From Myxococcota bacterium (GTDB lineage Bacteria; Myxococcota_A; UBA9160; UBA4427), in NCBI GenBank assembly GCA_029243605.1, contig JAQWRT010000010.1, forward strand, positions 64,175 to 128,174: DNA of 64,000 bases, written 5' to 3'. Positions 39,146 through 48,331 of the stretch are shown here, in pieces (position 1 is the stretch's first letter; each line of letters begins with the position of its first letter). The notes beneath the pieces were generated by a model. The model saw only the letters and a list, made by a program, of their open reading frames with translations. It ran no database searches and was not told the origin of the DNA. Both the position numbers and the translations under genes were made by a program.

Positions 39146-39862
39146 ATGACCCGCGCCATCGTCGTTGTGCCCACCTACAACGAGGCCGAAAACATTCCCC
39201 TCCTGGTCCCCCAGATTCTGGCCCAGGACGAGAGCCTGGAAGTTCTCATTGTCGATGATGCCTCTCCCGACGGAACGGGCGAAATCGCCGATACCCTCGC
39301 CGCAAGCGAAAGCCGGGTTCACGTCCTTCACCGGCCAGGCAAACAGGGCCTTGGCCCCGCCTATCGGGCAGGCCTTGCCCAAGCCCTGGAACTCGGCGCG
39401 GATTTCGTAATCCAAATGGATGCAGATTTCTCCCATCCCCCCACGAGCCTCCCGCAATTTCTCGAGGAAATAGAAAACCACGACGTGGTCCTGGGGTCTC
39501 GCTACTTGAACGGCATCACCGTGGTCAACTGGCCGATCGAAAGAATACTCATCAGCTGGTTCGGAAACGTCTATGCGCGCAGGATCAGTGGGCTCCCAAT
39601 CAGCGACACCACGGGCGGGTTTCGCTGCATGCGCCGAAGCGTGCTCGAGAAAATTGACTTCGGGCGCGTCCGCTCCAATGGCTACGCATTCCAGATCGAG
39701 ATGAACTACCGATTTGTCAAGCAGGGAGCTCGACTGAAGGAAGTTCCCTTCTTCTTCGTCGACCGAACCCGAGGGACTTCCAAACTCAATTTCCGGATCG
39801 GTCTCGAAGCGCTCTGGATGGTTTGGTGGCTCCGCATTGCCGACGCGCTAGGCCGCCTCTAG
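39146..39862 (+). CDS. polyprenol-monophosphate hexose synthase (Dpm1/Ppm1-like GT2), copy 1
   Basis: 238 aa from ATG 39146, with a GAGGAG Shine-Dalgarno 6 nt upstream. IVVVPTYNEAENI...LIVDDASPDGTGEIA...HRPGKQGLGPAY...QMDADFSHPP is the Dpm1/Ppm1 catalytic-domain pattern. The track ORF from 38963 is over-extended. Confidence 0.85.
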   Translation: MTRAIVVVPTYNEAENIPLLVPQILAQDESLEVLIVDDASPDGTGEIADTLAASESRVHVLHRPGKQGLGPAYRAGLAQALELGADFVIQMDADFSHPPTSLPQFLEEIENHDVVLGSRYLNGITVVNWPIERILISWFGNVYARRISGLPISDTTGGFRCMRRSVLEKIDFGRVRSNGYAFQIEMNYRFVKQGARLKEVPFFFVDRTRGTSKLNFRIGLEALWMVWWLRIADALGRL

Positions 39863-39896
39863 GGGAACGAGATGCCTCAAAGAAGGTCTTATCACT

Positions 39897-41027
39897 TTGA
39901 ATAATCTCGCCGACCGGCCGTGCAGAGTATTGCTCCTGAACGAACGGGACCCTCTCCATCCCAAAACCGGTGGGGCCGAAACTCACGTCTACGAGATTTT
40001 TGAGCGCCTGACCCAGCGCGGATACTCGGTCACCCACTTCAGTTCATCTTTCCCCGGGTCCCCAGAAAAAGAGCGCCATCAGGGAATCGAAATTCGTAGG
40101 CTCGGGGGGCTCCCTGTTTACTATCCCCGAGTGCTTTGGGAGACCGCGCGTGAAACCCGGAAGGGCAACTTCGATCTCGTCGTGGAATGCCTGAACAAGG
40201 TTCCCTTTTACTCACCCGCCTACTCGTCTGTTCCCGTCCTCGCCCTATGCCATCACCTCTTCGGCGAAGTCGCTTTCCAGCAAGTGCCTTGGCCCATCGC
40301 GGCTACCGTATGGGCTTCTGAACGCTTGATCCCTCCGCTCTACCGCTCGAGGCCCTTTCTGGCAATTTCGGAAAGCACCCGGCGCGACCTGATCGGCCGA
40401 GGCCTCCCCCCTTCGCATATCCGCGTGAGCCAGCCGGGCATTGCGCCGCCCACCCTCGAAGTCGATCCCAGTCCAAACCAGGGCCAGGGCGTCATCTATG
40501 TCGGACGACTCGAGGTCTACAAGAAAATCGACGTTATGCTCAGGGCCATGGCGAAGCTCTCCGACACTTTCCCCCAAGCGCCCATCGTCATTGTGGGTCG
40601 TGGGCCCGCGCGGTCCGGTCTTGAATCTCTTGCCCAGGAGTTGGGGATCTCTGATCGCACCCGGTTTACGGGCTTCGTCGAGGACTCGGAACGCGACCGA
40701 CTCCTCTCCGAAGCGCGTGTCTGCGTCTGCCCCTCCGAAAAAGAGGGCTGGGGCCTGACCGTGATGGAATCGTGCGCGGTGGGCACGCCGGTGGTGGCCA
40801 CGAATGCCGATGGGTTGCGGGACTCGGTGCGCGATGGCGAAACCGGTTATCTGGTCGAGGAAGGTGATGTCGACGGCTTTGCAGCGCGCATCGGCCAACT
40901 CCTCGAGGACGATGCTCTCGCGGGCAGGATGGCTTCCCAGGCCATCGCCTGGGCAAAGCATTTTGATTGGGACCGCGCCGCGGATGATATGGCGGGCGCC
41001 ATTGAGGAAGCCCGAGGAAGGCCATGA
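39897..41027 (+). CDS. family 4 (GT-B) glycosyltransferase
   Basis: 376 aa. The C-terminal half has the GT4 E-x7-E region (PSEKEGWGLTVMESCAVGTPVVATNADGLRDSVRDGETGYLV). TTG start, uncertain. Confidence 0.85.
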   Translation: MNNLADRPCRVLLLNERDPLHPKTGGAETHVYEIFERLTQRGYSVTHFSSSFPGSPEKERHQGIEIRRLGGLPVYYPRVLWETARETRKGNFDLVVECLNKVPFYSPAYSSVPVLALCHHLFGEVAFQQVPWPIAATVWASERLIPPLYRSRPFLAISESTRRDLIGRGLPPSHIRVSQPGIAPPTLEVDPSPNQGQGVIYVGRLEVYKKIDVMLRAMAKLSDTFPQAPIVIVGRGPARSGLESLAQELGISDRTRFTGFVEDSERDRLLSEARVCVCPSEKEGWGLTVMESCAVGTPVVATNADGLRDSVRDGETGYLVEEGDVDGFAARIGQLLEDDALAGRMASQAIAWAKHFDWDRAADDMAGAIEEARGRP

Positions 41028-41109
41028 ACCGGAAACCCTACGATCTAGGGCATCCCGGGCCCGCCTTCTTCCCCGCACTCTTTTCCCATCGGATAGATCG
41101 GGCAAGCCG

Positions 41110-42036
41110 ATGAAATTCCTCCGATGGTCCATCCCTTTCCTGATCAGCGCACTCCTCCTCGCGTGGGTATTTCAGGGCATGGAATGGGGCGAACTTCGGG
41201 ACAAGCTGACTTTCGAAACGGTTCAAGTATTCGGACCGGCACTCATCGCATTTCTTGCGGTGAGTCTCCTGATCGAAGCCGTCTGCCTGGTGGATGTCGT
41301 ATCCCATAGCCATCACATGCCGAGTCTTCTGGTGGCAGCGCGTATCAAGGCCGCCAGTTACCCCTTGGGCATTCTCAACTATGCCCTGGGAATCGGTGCG
41401 GTCACCCTCCTGCTTCGCCGACGGGTGGGCATGTCCCTGCAAGAAGCGGCTGGAGCTGTAGGCGTCATCGGTCTCTTCGATCTCGGAAGCTTGATCGCGA
41501 TCATCGCCGTGGGCGCAGCCCTGATGGGCGCCGAAACTCCGGGGGTTCAGGCCGGTGTCCTGGCCGCAGTTGCGGCGGCCATCGGCATCGGTTTCGCCAC
41601 ACTGCGAGCTCCATTCTCCCTGGGCTGGATCGATCGCCTGCGCGATCTACCGATTTTGCATGCCGCGCGAACCCTGCCCCTCTCGGTTCTGGTCCGACTT
41701 GCCTGCCTGCGATTGATTTTCACCGGCAATTTCATCGCCCTGGGCTGGGCGGTTCTAGCGGGCTTCGGCGTCGATGGGATCCCCCTTCTCTCCCTGGCGG
41801 TCAATATTTCCGTTCTCCTAATCGTCGCCGCGCTGCCCATTGCCGCAGCTGGCCTGGGCACAGGTCAATGGGTATTCGTCGAGCTCTTCAAACCCTGGGC
41901 CGATCCCGCGACGCTTCTTGCCGCCAGCCTGACTCTCTCCCTCGGGCTGATCGTCACCCGGGCGGCCATCGGCCTGGTCTTCGCCCGAGAGTTCACCGCC
42001 GAAGCTCTAGCTGCCCAAAAAGAGGAGGAAGCGTGA
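41110..42036 (+). CDS. UPF0104 / LPG-synthase-TM-like 'flippase-like' polytopic membrane protein
   Basis: 308 aa from ATG 41110 (MKFLRWSIPFLISALLLAWVF...), with about 8 hydrophobic helices. Size and pattern fit the PF03706-type family often found beside GT2/GT4 genes. The track ORF from 40804 overlaps the GT4 gene. Confidence 0.5.
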   Translation: MKFLRWSIPFLISALLLAWVFQGMEWGELRDKLTFETVQVFGPALIAFLAVSLLIEAVCLVDVVSHSHHMPSLLVAARIKAASYPLGILNYALGIGAVTLLLRRRVGMSLQEAAGAVGVIGLFDLGSLIAIIAVGAALMGAETPGVQAGVLAAVAAAIGIGFATLRAPFSLGWIDRLRDLPILHAARTLPLSVLVRLACLRLIFTGNFIALGWAVLAGFGVDGIPLLSLAVNISVLLIVAALPIAAAGLGTGQWVFVELFKPWADPATLLAASLTLSLGLIVTRAAIGLVFAREFTAEALAAQKEEEA

Positions 42037-42827
42037 GCGATCTTCTCTTTACCGGCGAGCGTCTCCACAAGGAGAATCCGCTTTTTTCCATCGACCTGGT
42101 GCGCCATCGGGCCGCGTATAGCCGCGCCATCGAGTTGGCCCGCACCACGGGCGCAGAGCGCGTCTTGGACCTGGGCTGCGGCACCGGATATGGCACGGGC
42201 GAACTGGCCGCAGCGCTCCCCAGGACCTTCGCGGTCGATCGAATTTCCCCCGACCCCGGCGCCCGTCACCCGGCCGCCCATTTTATCCGCGCAGATGCGG
42301 CTCACCTTCCCCTGCGCACTCAAAGCTTCGACATGATCGTCAGCTTCCAAGTCATCGAACACCTCGAAGATCCGGCCCCCTATCTGAAAGCCATAGCCCG
42401 ACTTCTCAAACCGGGCGGGACGGCCTTGATCACGACACCCAACCTCCTTGAATCCGACCGGGAGAACCCTTTCCACGTTCACGAATACGAGGCCTCCGAA
42501 TTGACCGCCCTGCTCGGTGAACATTTTTCCCGCGTCGACATGCTGGGCGTCTCCGCCACTCCCGAACCCAAGGCCTACTACGATGCGCGCTTGAAGCGAA
42601 TTCGCTCCATCGTCCGCCTCGACCCCCTCGGCCTGCGCAGACGACTTCCCCGCTGGATCATCGACGGACTCTTTGCCCTCTTCGCCGTGCAGGTCCGAAG
42701 AGGGATCCAAAAAAGCGACGGGCTACCCCAGGTCGGCCTCGAGGATTTCCCGATCCTTGCTGCCCAACCCGACTGTCTCGATCTCTTCGCTGTCTGCCAA
42801 AAACCGCGTAGGGAAAGCGGGTCGTGA
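42033..42827 (+). CDS. class I SAM-dependent methyltransferase
   Basis: GTG 42033 overlaps the upstream stop (GTGA). Motif I reads RVLDLGCGTGYGTGELA, with a post-I acidic residue and FDMIVSFQVIEHLEDP...LLKPGGTALITTPN. Confidence 0.85.
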   Translation: MSDLLFTGERLHKENPLFSIDLVRHRAAYSRAIELARTTGAERVLDLGCGTGYGTGELAAALPRTFAVDRISPDPGARHPAAHFIRADAAHLPLRTQSFDMIVSFQVIEHLEDPAPYLKAIARLLKPGGTALITTPNLLESDRENPFHVHEYEASELTALLGEHFSRVDMLGVSATPEPKAYYDARLKRIRSIVRLDPLGLRRRLPRWIIDGLFALFAVQVRRGIQKSDGLPQVGLEDFPILAAQPDCLDLFAVCQKPRRESGS

Positions 42828-43513
42828 AGGAACGCGTTTTTCGCTTCCGTGCCATCGAGAAACGCATCGCGGCTTCCAAGCCCCGATTCCGAGTGCTGGA
42901 TATCGGCTGTGGCCGGGGGGATAACCTCCGGCGACTCGTCCGCTACGGGGGAGAGCCCTTGGGCATCGAGCCCTCTCTCGAACGGGCCCAGCAGGCTCGA
43001 GCGATTGCGCCGGTCGCCGTTGCGGTCGGCGAGCATATTCCGCTCCCAAACAACAGCTTTGACATGGTCTACATCTCCCATGTCCTCCACCACGCGCGCG
43101 ATCTCCCCCAAGTCCTCTCCGAGTCTCAGCGATTACTCACCCCAGGAGGGCTCCTCTTCGTCATCGAAACCATCGATGACAGCCCCCTGATGCGTTTGGC
43201 CAGGGCCCTCCAACCGAGTTGGGAAGACGATGAGGTCATGAACCGTTTTCGCTACGCGGATCTGGTAGAAAGCTTCGAGGGCGCGGGCTTCGAGGTCCTC
43301 ACCGGGGAGAAATTCAATAGCCTTTATTTTGCCTGGGAACTTCTACCCATGAAGGTCCGCGCCTTGGAGTTTTTCACGCCACTCTTCGTCGGCCTCGAAA
43401 TGATCCTCCACGCTCTGGTGGGCCGCCGTTGGGGGGGGCACTGCTACCTCGTCGCGCGCCGACCCGGTTCGCCCCGTTTCCCCGATGAGGGCATTTCGCC
43501 GCCCCGGGGCTGA
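42824..43513 (+). CDS. class I SAM-dependent methyltransferase
   Basis: GTGA overlap with the upstream methyltransferase. Motif I reads RVLDIGCGRGDNLRRL, followed by FDMVYISHVLHHARD...LLTPGGLLFVIE. Confidence 0.85.
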   Translation: MKERVFRFRAIEKRIAASKPRFRVLDIGCGRGDNLRRLVRYGGEPLGIEPSLERAQQARAIAPVAVAVGEHIPLPNNSFDMVYISHVLHHARDLPQVLSESQRLLTPGGLLFVIETIDDSPLMRLARALQPSWEDDEVMNRFRYADLVESFEGAGFEVLTGEKFNSLYFAWELLPMKVRALEFFTPLFVGLEMILHALVGRRWGGHCYLVARRPGSPRFPDEGISPPRG

Positions 43514-43520
43514 AGCCGGA

Positions 43521-44318
43521 TCAGGGATAGGGCGAGCGAACCTGGGCCTCCAGGCGCGTACCGAGGGGACCTCTCGGCACGAAGTAGCGCTGCTCGAGCC
43601 CACCACGCAGGATCCTGATCTCCGTGGCTGCCCCGGGTTCTCCAACCTGGGTGAGAAATTTGAGAGCGGACGCGGTAAAGACCCTCTGGCCGTCGTAACT
43701 GATGACCTCGTCCTCGGGCAAGAGGCCCGCTTCCGCCGCCGGGGACGTTTCGAGCAACTCGGTGAGAACCACCCGATTGGGCTCCCCTGAGGCAAAGCGC
43801 ATCGCCTCGTAGTCCTCGTCGCCCAGATCTCGCCGAGCATCGACCTCGCTCTGGAATTTCTTTTTTCCGTGCTTCTTCCAGCCCGGCGCCTTGCGCGCGC
43901 GCTGGTTCTCGATGTCGAGTCTTTCCATTTGCAGATGCTCCCAGCGACGCCGAATTCGCAAAACCTGGTCGGCTGTCCAACCCTCGGCCTCCAGGGCGGC
44001 ACTGTCGAACCAGGGTTTTTCGGTGGACGCCGAAGCAACCTTCTCTTGGGCGGGGGCCGTCGCTTCCGGCGACTCGGAGATCACCGGCGGGACCGGCGGC
44101 GAAATCTCCCGAGCGGCCAATTCGGCTTCCAAGGAGCGCACCCGATCTTTCTGAGCCTCGAGTTCTTCGCTCAGCCCTGACTTCTCGAATGCCGGCGCCG
44201 GGCGCTCGGGAGCCACCATCGCGTCGTGACCAGGGCGGTCGCGACCGCTCATCGCCAGCCAGGTCATGCTGCCGCCCAGAAAAATTCCCAGGAGCACCGC
44301 TGCGAGATTCCGACTCAC
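43521..44318 (-). CDS. membrane-anchored PDZ-domain protein with coiled-coil linker
   Basis: 265 aa. An N-terminal TM segment (AAVLLGIFLGGSMTWLAM) and a charged helical region precede a C-terminal PDZ-like segment (SPAAEAGLLPEDEVISYDGQRVFTASALKFL...ATEIRILRGG). Confidence 0.6.
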   Translation of the reverse strand: MSRNLAAVLLGIFLGGSMTWLAMSGRDRPGHDAMVAPERPAPAFEKSGLSEELEAQKDRVRSLEAELAAREISPPVPPVISESPEATAPAQEKVASASTEKPWFDSAALEAEGWTADQVLRIRRRWEHLQMERLDIENQRARKAPGWKKHGKKKFQSEVDARRDLGDEDYEAMRFASGEPNRVVLTELLETSPAAEAGLLPEDEVISYDGQRVFTASALKFLTQVGEPGAATEIRILRGGLEQRYFVPRGPLGTRLEAQVRSPYP

Positions 44319-44425
44319 GGGCGGGACCGCCGTCCGAGGCCTTGAGCGCGCTCCTTACCCTCTGAATAGCTTTCCGTCACTCGAACACGGTAGCACCCAC
44401 GAACATCGTCTATAAAGGGAGCAGC

Positions 44426-46105
44426 ATGGCGGAAACCTCCAGGTCTGAAAGCAGCGAAAAGCCCGACGACCCCTCCAGCGCCTGGGGCGGGATGACGCTC
44501 CTCGCCGGGCTGGCGATCCTTGCCCAACTCCCCCTCTATGACCGCAGCCTGGTCCCTATGGACGAGGGCCACCTGCTCGCCGCCAGCGATGCCCTGGCCG
44601 CGGGGAAACGTCTCTATGCAGACATCCACACGGGCATCTTTCCCGGAATCTACTGGGTCGCCGCCGCGCTCCTCGAATGGCTCGGGCGCGACGCTCTGGT
44701 TCTTCGAGGCGCCGCACTCGTGACCAATAGCGTCACAGCGCTTGCCCTCTACGCGATCGGGCGGCGCATGGTGGCGCCCTATTGGGCCTGGCTCCCGCCC
44801 CTTCTCTATCTGGCCCTCATCGTCGTTTCCTTCCCCGTACTCTCCATGTTCAATTATTCGACCCTCGCGGTGGCCCTGGGCCTGCTGGCGCTTCTCTTTC
44901 TGCTCCGATACCTCGAACGCGGACGCGCCTGGGAGGGCGTCGTTCTAGGACTCTTGATCGCCGCCGCCGCCCTGACGAAACAGAATTTCGGCGGTTTGAT
45001 TTTCGTCGCCCTGCTGATCGCCTTCGTCCTGGCTCGGCGAGACTCGGCCCTCGCCGGCAAGGGCCTTCTTTCGGGGCTTCTCCCCGTCGTCGCCGGAGGC
45101 CTAGGGTTGACCCTGGCTGCGTTTCTAGCGTTATGGATGCCAGGGGCGTTCCCCGCATTCCTCGATCGAACGATTTTCTCTCTCTTCGGATCGCAACTCC
45201 AGGACTTCAACAATCCGATTCCTCCCATTTTCGGCGCCCACCCGGCGGAGGACGGTCGCTTCGTCTTCCTCTACACGCCGCCGACTGTCTTCAACGCCCT
45301 GGTTCACGGCCAACCCTACGCGGGCTTCTCGCTAACCCCGCTCCTGCGCTCGCTTTCAATCCGGCTCAGCTACGGAATTCCTCTCGCGGCACTCATCCTG
45401 GCACCGGCCCTCTTCTTCTTTACGCGCCACTGGGGTGTAAAGGCCGCCCGCAACGCCGCACGCTCCGCTGTCATCTTCGCCGTCGTCTTTTCACCGGGAA
45501 TCTTCCCCTCGGCGATTTGGTCCCATCTGGCGTTCGTCTTGATCCCCATCCTGCTCCTCTTTGCTTTCCTCGGTGATCGCGTCGAAAAGATCTTGCAGCG
45601 GCGTCGGGTCGCGGCCGGTCTCTGGCGAATTCTTGCCGGGGTACTCACCGCAATCGCCCTCATCATCGCCACCAGAACCGCACTCTCGGTTATGGACTTC
45701 TACCCCGAGCCCCTCGGACTTGAACGCGCTTCCCTCCACGTCTCAGCCCGAGATGCCGACCTCCTGAGCGGAGCCGTACGATTTATCCAGGAATGCAGCG
45801 AGCCGGGTCAGCCCGTACTCATCCTGCCGGATATCCCCGCGCTTTATTTTCTCGCCGACCGGCCCAACCCCTCGCCCTTCGATCTGGCGATTCCCGGAAA
45901 CGTCGATGGCCCGCTGATCGCCCGGCAGGCCGAGGCGGCCCAAGTTCGATGCGCGGTGCTCAACCCTCGCATGTACCCAGAATTTCCTCCCTTTGAGCAG
46001 CTTTTCCCCCAGCTCTCAGCGCATCTCGAAAGCGAGTTCCGAATCGTCCGGGAAATCCGAGGCGGAAACTCCCTCTGGTTGGGGCTGGTCCGTAGATCCC
46101 GCTGA
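44426..46105 (+). CDS. GT-C-fold (PMT/ArnT-like) polytopic membrane glycosyltransferase candidate, paralog A
   Basis: 559 aa with a Shine-Dalgarno AAAGGGAG upstream. The first loop motif is LVPMDEGHLL, followed by G-x2-LY-x-D...PG and KQNFGG. There are more than 10 TM helices and a C-terminal periplasmic module shared with paralogs B and C. Confidence 0.6.
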   Translation: MAETSRSESSEKPDDPSSAWGGMTLLAGLAILAQLPLYDRSLVPMDEGHLLAASDALAAGKRLYADIHTGIFPGIYWVAAALLEWLGRDALVLRGAALVTNSVTALALYAIGRRMVAPYWAWLPPLLYLALIVVSFPVLSMFNYSTLAVALGLLALLFLLRYLERGRAWEGVVLGLLIAAAALTKQNFGGLIFVALLIAFVLARRDSALAGKGLLSGLLPVVAGGLGLTLAAFLALWMPGAFPAFLDRTIFSLFGSQLQDFNNPIPPIFGAHPAEDGRFVFLYTPPTVFNALVHGQPYAGFSLTPLLRSLSIRLSYGIPLAALILAPALFFFTRHWGVKAARNAARSAVIFAVVFSPGIFPSAIWSHLAFVLIPILLLFAFLGDRVEKILQRRRVAAGLWRILAGVLTAIALIIATRTALSVMDFYPEPLGLERASLHVSARDADLLSGAVRFIQECSEPGQPVLILPDIPALYFLADRPNPSPFDLAIPGNVDGPLIARQAEAAQVRCAVLNPRMYPEFPPFEQLFPQLSAHLESEFRIVREIRGGNSLWLGLVRRSR

Positions 46106-46162
46106 AAACCCGTATCTCCAGCGGATCTTGTAGCGCCGGGGAGTCGCTCATATACTCGGGCT

Positions 46163-48331
46163 GTGCGGGACCTTCTACGGCAACTGGGAATCTTGGAGCG
46201 ACCCGCCTGGCTCTATCTCGCCATTGCCGGATTGGCTCTGGCTTTTGGTTGGCCGCTCTGCCAGCGGGCGATCATCCTCTCCGATGAGGGCTACCTCCTT
46301 CAGCAAGCCCTCGACCTCCTCGAGGGCCGGGTGCTCTACCGCGACATGGATGCCTTCATCACCCCGGGCATCTGGTTCACTCTGGCCGGTGTCTTCGCTG
46401 TCTTTGGCCCGAGTGTTCTGGTCTCCCGAGTCGTAATCCTCATCGTCTATCTGGCCCTGGCTCTCACGGGCTACCGAATCGTCACTCCCATCGCCGGAAG
46501 GAAGTGGGGGCTGGCGAGCGTGGCCTGCCTCCTGCTCTTCTCCGTCTGGGCTTTTCCGGCCTGGACCTTCGCCTTCTATTCACCGGTGGCCGTGGTGCTC
46601 GCCCTCGCAGGAATCGAACGTCTGATGCGCTGGCAACGCCGCCGCGCCATCGGCGACCTCGCATGGATGGGTGCGCTCATCGGCTTGTCGATCTGCTTCA
46701 AGCAGAACTACGGGGTCTTCGCCGCCCTGGCGGCGATCCTGGGCTACGCGGCCACTCACCTCGAAGCAAAGGACTGGCGAGGGAGCGCGCGGGAGGTCGG
46801 CGTGGCTTCGCTTGCGGCCATCGCGGTGGGCTCTCCCTTCCTCCTCTACCTGATCACCCAGGGCGCCCTGGGCGATGCCTGGACGAGCCTTGTTGTTCAC
46901 CCCTTCGAATTCGGGGGACGGCACGATATTCCCTACCTGGGAATCTCGACTCTCTGGCAGGCGGATCCCTTTCAGACCGGAGCCGAGAAGCTCACCTACC
47001 TGTCTTTTCCCGCGCTCAATACCGCCCCGCTTCCGCTACCGGGTGGCCAGGGTCTGGTCATCTGGCTCCATGTGCTGGCCTACTGGATCGCCCCCCTGAT
47101 GATTTCCGGAGGCTTTCTCGTCGCCTTGGCCTCTGGGAGAGCGCGCGGTGGGCGCATTGATCCTGGGCTCTTCACCATCAACGCCGCCGCCGGACTCATC
47201 TTTCTCGGTGTTTTTCCCCGGGCGGATTTCAACCACCTCGTCAACGTTTACCAACCGATCCTCATCGCCGGCCCCCTGACCCTCCAGCGTCTTTTTGAAT
47301 TGCTCCGGGGGCGTGCTGACCGCTTGCGGCGTGTCCTCGCCACGGTCGCGGCCCTCACCGCGATTCTCTATGGAGCCATCGCACTCTTCTGGTATGTGGG
47401 CCTGATCCAGCGATTGAGCGTCCCCCTGGAACAACCCCGGGCCGGGGTTCTGGTCAGCCCACTCGAAGCCCTGGAGATCAATTACCAGGTGCGACTGATT
47501 CGCGACCACACGCCCGAGGGGGGAGCCCTGCTGACCCTGCCAGATCTCACCATGTTGAATTTTCTCGCCGAACGCGAAGTCCCCAGCGCCTGGTACAACC
47601 TCTACGAGCACCATATCGCGAACGATCGTGGCCGAGGCGTCGCTGAGGCCGCCGAAGAAAAGAACGTTCGCTACGCCGTGGCGCGCTTCAACAATTTCTT
47701 TTCCGACCGGGTTGGTCTGCTCGATTACGCCCCCGATCTTGCCGACTACTTGATCTCGAATTTCGAAAGGAGTTTCGTCGGCGGACGCGAAAACTATATC
47801 GTCTACACCCGACGCGATGAGCCCGAGGTGCAGCACCCCTATATCGATTTATTGGCGAGTTGCGATGTCGAAGACCCGGGAGAGGAAATCCGCAAACATC
47901 TGCTCTTCTCCGCCCTCTATCACAAGGGGCGGAAGGGTTCGCCCATGACCGAGGAAGGCCTAGTCACTCGCTGCCAGGTTCAGGTACCCGAAGGTGGAGG
48001 CGTACTCGCCCTGGAAGTCGGCTACCGGAAACCTTTCCGGTCGGATCGGGGTACACGACTCGATATTTCCATCGATCTCGTGGACGAAAAAAGTCGCCAG
48101 CCGATCCTCGAAGAACGACTTCCCGTCATCCCCTGGCAGGATTCTCCGCGACAGCAAGCCTTCAAGCGCTTCGAGATCGACCTCGAACCCTGGGCGGGAA
48201 GAACGGTCGACCTCGAGTTTGCAACCCACTTGCAAGGGACAATCCAGGATTCGGTCTTGGACCTCAAAGGCTTCGCAATGATCTACCGCGATCCACGACT
48301 TCAAACGAAGGCCGGCGGAGCGCGACCATGA
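46163..48331 (+). CDS. GT-C-fold (PMT/ArnT-like) polytopic membrane glycosyltransferase candidate, paralog B, with extra beta-rich C-terminal domain
   Basis: 722 aa with a GTG start. Motifs are IILSDEGYLL, GRVLYRDMDAFITPG and FKQNYGV. The C-terminal extension ends ...FEIDLEPWAGRTVDLEF..., similar to paralog C. Confidence 0.6.
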   Translation: MRDLLRQLGILERPAWLYLAIAGLALAFGWPLCQRAIILSDEGYLLQQALDLLEGRVLYRDMDAFITPGIWFTLAGVFAVFGPSVLVSRVVILIVYLALALTGYRIVTPIAGRKWGLASVACLLLFSVWAFPAWTFAFYSPVAVVLALAGIERLMRWQRRRAIGDLAWMGALIGLSICFKQNYGVFAALAAILGYAATHLEAKDWRGSAREVGVASLAAIAVGSPFLLYLITQGALGDAWTSLVVHPFEFGGRHDIPYLGISTLWQADPFQTGAEKLTYLSFPALNTAPLPLPGGQGLVIWLHVLAYWIAPLMISGGFLVALASGRARGGRIDPGLFTINAAAGLIFLGVFPRADFNHLVNVYQPILIAGPLTLQRLFELLRGRADRLRRVLATVAALTAILYGAIALFWYVGLIQRLSVPLEQPRAGVLVSPLEALEINYQVRLIRDHTPEGGALLTLPDLTMLNFLAEREVPSAWYNLYEHHIANDRGRGVAEAAEEKNVRYAVARFNNFFSDRVGLLDYAPDLADYLISNFERSFVGGRENYIVYTRRDEPEVQHPYIDLLASCDVEDPGEEIRKHLLFSALYHKGRKGSPMTEEGLVTRCQVQVPEGGGVLALEVGYRKPFRSDRGTRLDISIDLVDEKSRQPILEERLPVIPWQDSPRQQAFKRFEIDLEPWAGRTVDLEFATHLQGTIQDSVLDLKGFAMIYRDPRLQTKAGGARP